The position numbers were made by a program, and so were the translations under genes. From contig JWZX01002916.1 of NCBI GenBank assembly GCA_001275005.1, positions 1 through 45,557 of the forward strand: a stretch of DNA of 45,557 nt. The letters run 5' to 3'. Source of the stretch: Chrysochromulina tobinii (taxonomy: Eukaryota). The notes beneath the pieces are model-generated. The model made no database searches. It was not told the origin of the DNA and saw only the letters and a program-made list of their open reading frames with translations. Positions 19,701 through 29,100 of the stretch are shown piece after piece. Positions within the stretch are counted from its first letter, which is position 1. Each line of letters begins with the position of its first letter.

Positions 19701-20716
19701 GACTCGCCGACGGCGAGGTGGACTCGTCCGTTCACACCCCCGCCTTCACGACGCGCTGGGACAATTACTGGATTGAGGGCATCCTGTGGCTTGTGCGTAA
19801 CCTCGACATCGACGGCATCTACCTCGATGGCGCACCGTACGAACGCAACGTCCTCCGCCGCCTTCGCGCCGCGCTCGAGCCCATCACCGCGCACCGGCCC
19901 AACCCCTTCCTGCTCGATTTGCATGCCTCGTGCTTTGGACATCCTCACCTTCCTTATATGGAGCTCTACCCGTTCATCGACTCGATCTGGTACGGCGAGC
20001 AGTGCAACTACATCGGGTATAGCCCCGAGCAGTGGCTCGCGGAGGTGGGTGGCATCCCTGATTGCGTCCCTGATTGCGTCCCTGATTGCGTTCCTGATTG
20101 CGTTCCTGATTGCGTCCCTGATTGCGTCCCTGACTGCGTCCCTGATTGCGTCCCTGATTGCGTCCCTGATTGCATGGCAGTGCTCACCACGGCGCCCTCT
20201 CCCCACAACACGGTGGCCGGCATCCCCTTTGGGCTGCCAGGCCAGATGCTCGGAGACCAGCGCGACCAGTTCCACGGCCTCGTCTTCGGCATGACCTGCC
20301 GCATCTACCCGGACCCCGATCGGTGCAACCCGCGCCCCCTTTGGGCGGCCCTCGACGGCCTTGGTATGCGCAGCCCGCGCATGATCGGCTGGTGGGATCG
20401 CCTCTCGCCCGTCGCCGCGCGCCCGGCCGAGCATGTGAAGGCCACCCTCTTCATCGGCAGCCGCGGCGGCCAGCCCACCTTTGCGATCGCGATGGCCAAT
20501 TGGGCACGTGAGCCCGTGCAGGCCACACTCACGTTGGACCTCATCGCGCTCGAGGCGCTCGGACTGCACGTGCCGGGAGGGGGGGACGTACGCATGAGCG
20601 CGCCCGCCATCTCCGGCTTCCAGGGGCATGCCACGTGGGCAATGGGCGCGCCGATCACGTTGCAAGCCAAGGGGAGCGGCAGCGAGGGCAAGTTTGTGCA
20701 GCTGGTCACGGTGTGA
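16708..20716 (+). CDS. DUF6067 / GH123-like putative glycoside hydrolase with N-terminal hydrophobic segment. Exons 16708-16947, 17033-17815, 17960-20044, 20213-20716
   Basis: [69 protein letters not shown] and [12 protein letters not shown] resemble the mostly bacterial DUF6067 family (recognised from memory). Introns restore the frame. The third intron has an atypical acceptor. Confidence 0.75.
16948..17032 (+). other. Ordinary intron (85 nt)
   Basis: CGG|GTATGC ... CATCGCAG|GGC, phase 0, joins ORFs 16654.. and 16991.. Confidence 0.8.
17816..17959 (+). other. Intron (144 nt) with duplicated exon end as acceptor, GATGGCCTCT repeats and an internal AG|GT
   Basis: CAG|GTGAGT donor. 17939-17959 matches exon 17795-17815 at 19/21. 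Internal junction copy at 17863-17899. Confidence 0.85.
20045..20212 (+). other. Intron-like in-frame insert (168 nt): exon duplicate, 10 x 12-nt repeat and cassette, ending in ACG rather than CAG
   Basis: GAG|GTGGGTGGCATCCC ... AACACG|GTGGCCGGCATCCC. Interrupts the WLAE-VAGIPFG motif. (CCTGATTGCGTC)n at 20057-20173. Confidence 0.65.
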
Positions 20717-20805
20717 GTTCGAAGCGTTTTTCCGGTGGCCCCTCGACTGTGAATGTAACTGTCCTACAAGTCTTTCACAGCTCGGCGTCGGCCCCGATCG
20801 CTCCG

Positions 20806-22081
20806 ATGGCGTCGATCCAATGGCAACTTCCCTCGCCATCAAAGGTCCGCCGCACGACGGCGCTGAATAAGCGCATCTTCCTGATGCTCGTCGGAGTGAT
20901 CGCCGTATTCTCCGGCAGCCTCGTGCTGGCATACCGCGCCCTGCTCTCCTCCGGCTCCACCACAGCACAAGCTGCAGCGCCGCCAAGCAGCCACGAGCAC
21001 CTTCGAGCACGTTCTACAGCAGCGGTGATTAGCGCCGTGCGCGAGCGCTTGCAGGCTCATGGTACCGAGGCTGAGCAGCAGCCGACGCGCCCAGAACCAC
21101 GCCGCCGGCAGAGCGAGGTCGCCGCTGCCGCTGCTGCCGCTGCCGCCGCCGCTACCGCAGCTTTGGCTGGGCCGCACCGCTGTCTGCCCATTGACGGCGG
21201 GCCCGCGGTGGCGCTGCCATCCGCGCTCGTGGACGACGATTATTGCGACTGCGCCGACGGCTCGGATGAGCCGCACACGTCGGCGTGTGCGGGCGTCGCC
21301 GCGAGCGCGCGCTTCGCATGCGAACGCGACCCGAGCGATCGTCCCTTGTCGCGCTCGGGTGGTCCGAGCGATTCGCCACACGCACCAGTGACGATCGCCG
21401 CATCACGCGTGCACGACGGCGTGTGCGACTGCTGCGACGGCTCCGACGAGCCGCCCTCGGCTAACTGTACGTCCGAGCGCTGCGAGGTACTCGAGGCCGC
21501 CAGAAGTGCCCAAGTGGCTGAGCGACTTGAGGGTATACGCCTCCGAGATGCACTCGCGGCACTCCCTGCATGCAAGTGCTCATCACGGCGCCCTTCCCCC
21601 TTTCCCCACAGGTATACGCCTCCGAGATGCACTCGCGGCAAGGGCTTCGTCGGCCGCACTGGCCTCGCAGCCCATGAGGAATGCGCCGCATGCCGCCTTT
21701 GCCGCCCTCTCAGGCCGCTGCTACCAGTCGGCGCAGGGCGAGTACACGTACGAGGTGTGCCTCTTCGAGCACGCGTCGCAGAAGACGGCGGGTGTCATGC
21801 ACGCGTCGCAGAGGAAGGCGGGTACCATCTCTCTCGGTCGGCGCTGGACCTGGGGCGCCTCCACGGGCGTCGTATCGGGCGCATCCACGGGCGTCGTATC
21901 GGGCGCAGGAGGAGCGCAGCCCATGGGCGTCTTCTCGGGCGGCGACAATTGCTGGGGCGTCGGGGACCGCTCGCTCACCGTGCGCTTCGCCTGCTCGGCG
22001 CACGCTGATGCGCTCGGCCACATCGCTGAACGCAGTACTTGCGTGTATGAGGTGACCCTATCGACGGCCGCCGCGTGTTGA
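20806..22081 (+). CDS. Glucosidase II beta subunit (PRKCSH)-like protein with N-terminal TM anchor, LDLa-like repeats and MRH domain. Exons 20806-21532 and 21612-22081
   Basis: [19 protein letters not shown] and [16 protein letters not shown]; after splicing, [16 protein letters not shown]...[19 protein letters not shown]...[18 protein letters not shown] (MRH). Confidence 0.85.
21533..21611 (+). mobile_element. Introner-like intron (79 nt): 50-nt cassette flanked by a perfect 30-nt direct repeat
   Basis: 21532-21561 equals 21611-21640. Cassette 21562-21611 is identical to the reverse complement of 25743-25792. Removal restores the frame. Confidence 0.85.
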
Positions 22082-22372
22082 CGCTTCTACATACTCGTGT
22101 CGTCGTGTGCCTCAGACGCCTGACGCGTGTCACGCGCTCCAAACGCCATCGGAGGGCAACCCGAGTTTTCCACGTCTGAAGCACCCGGGCGCACGGTACC
22201 GGTACGTTCACTGCGGCCCACTAACCTGGGTGGTACCGTATGACAATGGCCCTCCGCCCGCTTTGAAAGTGGGTCCGCCTATATAGCCCTTTACTGTCTC
22301 ACAGACCACAGCTCACTCGCATCAATCTCACTCGCAGCTAGCAGATCCCTACACTCGGCAATGAGCACTGGC

Positions 22373-22801
22373 TTAGGCGCCAGCGGCTGGCAGGCCGGCC
22401 GGCGGGCCGGCTGGCGGGCCGGCCGGCGGTGCGGTGCGTTCCCACGGGAAGCGCGGTGGCGCCTTGCCTGCTCGCTCGACAAATTCGATCCCATGCTCCT
22501 GCAGGGTATCCAGAACCAGCTTCACTTTACCGGTGTAGCGCTTCTTGCCGCGCTCAAAGGTCAGCTGCTGCTGGTTCGCCTCACGCGCGCGCCTTGCGAG
22601 CAAGCCTGCAGCTGCGCGCGCTGCGGTCTTGTCCCAAGTATTCTGCAGGCTCTCGCGAAGGGCCTTCTCCATCGTGTTGGCCCATAGGAAGATGTGGCCC
22701 GTACGGTTATTGACGACCTGCAGCGAAATGTACTTGTTCGAAGCAAAGATCTTGAGCAGGTTCTTCTCCGCCATTGGCAAGCGTTTGTACATGGCGGCCA
22801 T
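22373..22801 (-). CDS. rpl18: Organellar (probably mitochondrial) ribosomal protein uL18
   Basis: LKIFASNKYISLQVV...ANTMEK...AARAAAGLLARRA...FERGKKRYTGKVKLVLDTLQEHGI matches the L18p pattern. Confidence 0.85.
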   Translation of the reverse strand: MAAMYKRLPMAEKNLLKIFASNKYISLQVVNNRTGHIFLWANTMEKALRESLQNTWDKTAARAAAGLLARRAREANQQQLTFERGKKRYTGKVKLVLDTLQEHGIEFVERAGKAPPRFPWERTAPPAGPPAGPPAGLPAAGA

Positions 22802-23174
22802 GGCGGCCGCGTCGAAGCCGTGCGCCGCCTCGTGTGTCTTCCGGAGTCACGGACGCCGTGCCGAGCGCACGAACTTGCCGAATTGTGGAGAATGGCAATC
22901 AGGAAAAATAATTCGGGTGAAGTGACCTCACAACTTACACGATACATGTCTCCGCGGCGCACGCAGCAGCCTGGATACGACTCCGTAGGTAAATGCTGAG
23001 CCAGGGTACAAGGTAATAGTTTAACGGCTCGTCGCCACAGCCCGGCCGTGGCTGCCGCCGCGGGCGCTGCTGCTGCGGCGCTGCTGCTGCGGTCGCGGCC
23101 TCTACGGCCTCCGCCGCCGCGCGCTTGCCGCCGCCCGCTCTGGGGGCGCGCGCGCGGATTTCGTCAGGATTTCG

Positions 23175-26100
23175 TCAGGGCTTCGCGTCCTCCGCCTCCA
23201 CCTTCCGCTTGCGCGTGGATCCACCTCCCGGCGGCTTCGCAGAGGGTCCGGACGGGGCGCTGTCGTGAGCGTTCGAGAGGTCGCCTGGTCCGCCATTGGC
23301 CAATTTCGTCATTCGTCGTTGGCCCGTCTCGTCGCCGATTTCGTCAATAGCCTCCCGCGCGCTCACGACAGCGCCCGGGTCCTCCGCGTTGGGCGCCGTC
23401 TTGGGCGCCGGCCGCTTGCGCGGCTTTTTTTCGGGCGGCGCCGCGCCACTCTCATCCGCGGGGGCTGCTGCCGTACCGTCGGCCGCGCCCTTTGGCGCGC
23501 CGCTGGCCGCGCGCTTGCCCTTGGAGGGCGGGGCGGGCGGCAGCTCACCTTTGGCAGCTCCTTCGCACGTGGCGGCGGACTTGAGCAAGCGAGTGAGCAC
23601 GTCACGGAAGAGCGCCGTTCCGAGCACCGCCTCGATCGGACGCGGCCCGCCGCCGGGGAGGCCAACGGCCGGCCCAGCGGTCGGTGGGTAGTCCCACTCC
23701 CATTCATCTTCGTCGGTGACCCATTCTCGCTTCGAGTAGCCGTCAAGAAGCACCTGTGAAGGGAGGTCAAGGCGCCGTGGTGAGCGTTTGGGGAGGTAAT
23801 GGCGCCGTGGTGAGCGTTTGCATGCAAGGCGGGCGCGCATCGGGCACGAGAAGCCGTCGAGGAGTACCTTGAGGCCGCGTTTGGTATCGACGCTCTCGAC
23901 GACGCCGCCGTAGGGCACCGGGACGCCCTCCTCGTTGTAGTAGATGCGCAGGCGCATGCCGACCGCCTGCTTGCGGCTCACCCCGTGCAAGCCGACGACG
24001 ACGAGGTCCTTCTCGGCGCTCGCGACGGCGCTCGCGTGCTCGGCGGCACCCGCCGGAGCGCCGTGGTGAGCGCCCTCGGCGGCGCCACGCGTGGCGACGG
24101 CGGCAGGCGGCGCCACCGTGGGCGGCGGCGGAGCGCCGTGGTGAGCGCCGGGGCGCATGGCGTAGGCGCCGTGATGAGCGGCGGCGGCGGCGTGGCTCGC
24201 GGCGTGCAGGCTCGTCGCGAGCGGCGGCGGCATGGCGCTCATCACGGCGCTCAGCATCCCATTCGTCTCGAGCGGCGTCGTATTGGGCGCCCCGAACGGC
24301 GTCGTATTGGGCGCCCCGAGAGGCGTCGTATTGGGCGCCCCGAATGGCGTCGTACTGGGCGCCCCGAGAGGCGGGCGCTGAGGGTGCACCACCCGAGGGA
24401 GGGCATGCAACGGCGCTGCGCTGGCGTCGTACTGGGCGCCATTGAGGTGCGTCGTGCCGGGCGCGCCGAGGGTGGCGGGCAGCGGCTGTCGCGCCGGCTC
24501 GAGCGGGGGCGAGATCGGCAGCCCTTCGGAGCATAGGAGCGAGGCATGCGGCGCCGTGGCGAGCGCCTCGTAGCCATGGGGCGCCGTGGCGGGCGGTAGC
24601 GCCGTGGCGGGCAACGTGCGTTCGACGGCATCGAAGATGGCGTTGGCATCGATGGGAGTGGCGCCGTCCCGGGCAGGCAGTCCAGCGGCGCTGGCGGCGG
24701 CGGTGGCGGCGGCGGTGGCGGCGGACAGCGCGGTGGCGGTGGCCACACGCGCCGCGACAGGGATAGCGGCGGCGGCGGCGGCGGCGGCGGCGGGCAAGTG
24801 GTAGTAGAGGTTTGGTGTGAACTGCGGTGTGAAGCCGTGGATTGCATGCTGATTGCATGCTGATTGCGGCGGGAAGCCGTGGAAGGTTGGGTGCATCGGG
24901 ACGGCGCTGCCCAGGACGGCGCTGCCCAGGACGGCGCTGCCCGGCGGCGGAGGCTGCAGGACGGTGGGCGGCGGCGGCAGTGGAACCTGCTGGGAGCCCA
25001 GGACGGCGCTGCCCGGGACGGCGCTGCCCGGGACGGCGCTGCCCGGGACGGCGCTGCCCGGCGGCAGTGGAACCTGCTGGGAGCCTAATGGCAGCGGCTG
25101 CAGCAGCGGGTGGTGTTGCGTCGGCGGCGGAAGCCCGAGGGAGCCATCGTAGAGGCCGGAGCGCTGCGGCGGCGCTGTGGGGAAAGGCTGGCACGCCGTG
25201 CTCGCTGTGGGCGCGTCGAGCGAGGGCTGCGAGGGGAGTGCCGGTGAGGGGAATGGTGCCGAGCTCGCAAGGGGAGCGTACTCGGAGATCAGCTTGGTGA
25301 GCAGCCCGCGCAGCGTGGCGCCCTCGTCGAAGGCAATGCCGACCTTGTCCATCGCCTCGAGCGCCTCGCCGAGCACCACCGGGCCCGCATAGTGCGTCAA
25401 CGCTCGGTGCACCGTCTTGAGCGCCGCCTCAGCCTTGGCGAGGTGCGCGAGCAGCTGGTTCCACAGCGCGCCACTCACGCGCAGCTTGGCCCCCTCGCGC
25501 TGCACGCGAAGCAACTCGCCCATCGGCGGGCGCCCTCCCGTGCGCTGCCACTGCGCCGGCGCCGGAGCGCCGTTCTGGGCGGACGCGCCGTTCTGGGCAG
25601 ACGCGCCGTTCTGGGCGCCCCGCTGCGCCGGAGCGCCGCCGGCCGCGCCCGTCGCGCCGTTCTGGGCGCCGGCCGCGGCGGCGGCGGCGGCGGCCGCGCA
25701 GCCGTCGAGGAGGGTGTGTGCCTGCCGCCCCCACGCGACCACCTGTGGGGAAAGGGGGAAGGGCGCCGTGATGAGCACTTGCATGCAGGGAGGGGGGGAG
25801 GGTGTGTGCCTGCCGCCCCCACGCGACCACCTTGGCCGAGTAGTCGCGAAGGGGACCCATCGAAGGGAGCGCCATGTTGAGCGCCTCGCCCTTGGCGAGC
25901 AGCTGCTCGAGGCGGCTCGGGTCAGAGTCGGTCTGGCCACTCATGCACTGCGCGGCCTCGCCCTCCCAGGCCTTGGCCTCGAGCAGCCGCTCGTGCGCGT
26001 GCGTCAGCTCGGCGAGCACAGCCGCCTTCTCGGCCGCGAGCCACGTCGCCTCCAGCTGCGGATCCAAGCGGCGCCTCGGCGCGGCCGGCGCGCCTGGCTC

Positions 26101-29100
26101 GCCCATTACAGCGCCCACGCCCAATACAGCGCCGTTGGCCTCGGCGGGCTCGGGCGCTGTGTTGGGCGTAGGCGCTGTATTGGGCGCTGCCGCCATCGGC
26201 GCGTCGTCGCCGAGCAATGCGGCGGCGGCCTGCAAGGCTGCGCTGCGTGCCGCCTGCATCGCCGCCGCAGCGGCCGCCGCAGTCGCCGCAACTCCCCCGA
26301 GCGGTGCAGCTGCGCCGCCCCCCTTTTTGGAACCCCTTGGTGCGGGGGCACTACCGCTGCCGCTGCTACCGCTGCCGCTGCCGCTACCAAGGGCCTCCTC
26401 GATCGCGCTGCTCACGCCGCCCGCCCTCGCAGAGCTCAGCAGCTCTTCGAGGCTCTGGAGGGACACCGTCGAGGTGCCCACGGCGGCGCTCGCTGCGGCG
26501 CTCGCGGCGGCGCTCGCGGCTGCGGTTGCCGGCACGCCCGGCGTTGTCGTGGGCACCTCGCCGCCCAATACAGCGCCGTCCAATACAGCGCCGGACGCCG
26601 TCGTGGGCACCTCGCCGACCGCAACGGCACCGCCTGCCGTCGGCGGCGCGGGCGGCGGCGCGGCTGGGGCGGGCGGCGGCGGAGGCGGGCGCAGCTGGCG
26701 TGCCCACCGCCATCCTTTGAGCAGCGCGACCAGATCGCACTCGAGTCGAAAGCGTTCGCCTTCTTCGAGCCATCGGCACAGCTCCTCGTTCGTGACGCCA
26801 CCGCCCACCGCGTGCCCGACGTGCCCTCTGGGGCCGGGGGGCACGCCCAATACAGCGCCCGCATGCGGGGCATGGCGCGCCGTATTGGGCACGACCGTCC
26901 GTCGATACGATTCGAGCAGCGTGGGCAGCAGCTCGAGCTGCCACGTGGACACGTTGGTGACCGCCTTTTCGAGCAGCTCAGCCTCCTCGATGCGCACCTG
27001 ATGAGGGATCCAATCAGCACGCACTCAGCATGCACTTTGAATGCACTTTGGATGCACTTTGCATGCAATCAGAGCTCCAAAGTGTATGCATTCAGCAGCT
27101 CGGCCTCCTGGCGGCGCACCCGTAGCTTGGCCACCTTGCGCACGTGCTGCTCCGCCTTGTGCACGCTCGGCAGCCGCTTGATCTGCGGCGCGGTCACGCG
27201 CGGCTCGAATGGGAAGTTCACGCCGCGCTGTTCACAGCACCTTGGGCAGTGGAACGTGGCCGTGGCGCCCTCGGCTGTGAACTGCTTCGACTTGGCAGGC
27301 GAGATGCCGAGGCAGGTGATGTGGTACCACCCCTGGCATCCTTCGCACTCGATCATGGTGACGCCTGACGAACCCCAACGTGACGAACCCCAAGGCGCGC
27401 GGCCCATCAGTCGCACTCCATCGCAATCAACGAACCCCAACGTGACGAACCCCAAGGCGCGCGGCCCATCAGTCGCACTCCATCGCAATCAACGAACCCC
27501 AACGTGACGAACCCCTAGGCGCGCGGCCCATCAGCCGCACTCCATCGCAATCAGTGGCTGCCATCCGCGGCACGCACCGGACGAACCCCAAGGCTGGCGG
27601 CACACGCAGTAGATGGCCTCGCCGTCGCTCTCGAGGATCTCATGGAGGGTCGACATCTGGATGGCCGCGTGCTTGAACATGGAGCGCGTCTCCTCTAGCC
27701 ACCCCTGCCCACCCGCCTCGCGCTCCTTGAGCCCATCGACCTTGTCGGAGAGCAGATGGATCTTAGTGTACTGCTTCACACACTTGGCGAGCTCGTCGAG
27801 CGTCGCCGTGGGCGCCTGCAGCGCGTCCGCGGCCGCGAGCCACGTCTCGGCGTCGCTCATCTGGCGCTCAAGCAACGACTGCTCAGGCATGAGCACGTGT
27901 AGCTGCTGCCCCTGGATCGCGAGCTCGCGCATCTCGGCGAGCGCCACCTGATGAGGGAGGCAATCAGAGGTCATCAGGGCGAGGAGCACCTGATGAGGGA
28001 GGCAATCAGAGGTCATCAGAGGCAATCAGAGGTCGTCTCGGCGAGCGCTACCTTGTCGGTCGTGAGGACCCGCTCAGCGCGCGCCCTCCACTCGCCGGCC
28101 TGCTGCAGCGTCTGCTGCAGCGCCGCCCACTCGGCCGCCGCGCTGCGCCACTCGGCGCGGCCGCGCGCGCCGTCGTGCGCTTCTGCTGTGGCCTCCGCGC
28201 TGGGCGTCGTGGTGGGCGCGGCCGTGGCGCTCGGCTCGGCCCCCCTCTCTCCCTCGGTCGCGGCCGCCATCGTGGCCGGCGAGCTGGCGCTCGCACCGCT
28301 GCCCAGGGCCGCCTCGGCGCGCCGCGGCTCGCCGCCACCAACACGATCGGCGTCCGCGCCTGTCTCAGCCCCGGCGGCGGCGCCCAACTCGGCGCCCAGC
28401 TCGCACGGGGTTTCGTCAAGGCCGAGCGCGCGCCCCTGCTCGAGCAGCGGCGCCATCTCGTCCAGCTGCCCGCCGCCCTCCTCCTCCTGACGAAACTTGA
28501 CCTCCTGCCGCCACGAGCGCAGCCGGAGCGTCGTGGCCATCCCCACAGCGACCGAGAGCGCCTCCGATTCGCGCAGCAGCTCGCGGAGCCTCTCTCGGGC
28601 CGCCGCCGTGCCCGCTACCGCCCTCCGCGCTGTCCCGAGCGCGCCCCCCCGCCGCGCCGGCGGCCACGCCCTCTTCGCCGTCGTCGGCGGCTCCACCTCC
28701 ATCGGTGTCGGCTGCCCATTGGCGTGCGCCGGCGCGCCGTCCGGCGCTCGGGACGGCGCGCCGTCCGGCGCTCGGGACGGCGCTCTATCCGGCGGCGCCG
28801 ATGTGGCCTCTTCACACTTGGCCTCTTCACACTCGGCCAGGGCCGCTTCGGCGCGGGCTGTCCAGCTCTCGGCATCGCGCAGCTGCGCCGCAAGGGCGTA
28901 CACCTCGGGCAGCGTGATCGGGAGCGCCTGCCCCGCCTCGTACAGGCGCAGCGCTTCGTCAAATGAGGCGCGCGTCGCGACGCCGCGCGTCGAGCGTGCG
29001 TTGAGCGATCGGCGGCACTGCTCGAGCCACGCCTTGGCGTCGGCGACGGACTGGCGGAGCGTTTCCATGGGTTCCATTGAGACGCCATCCGCGTCGGCTT

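Noticed and set aside
21562..21611. Classic MITE/TIR transposon or an autonomous element
   Set aside because: No terminal inverted repeats, no fixed-length TSD, and no transposase or RT ORF in the window.
25417..27507. 696-aa plus-strand ORF and similar long overlapping ORFs
   Set aside because: Antisense to the PHD/PLU-1 gene with no domain motifs. Long stop-free frames are expected at this GC content.
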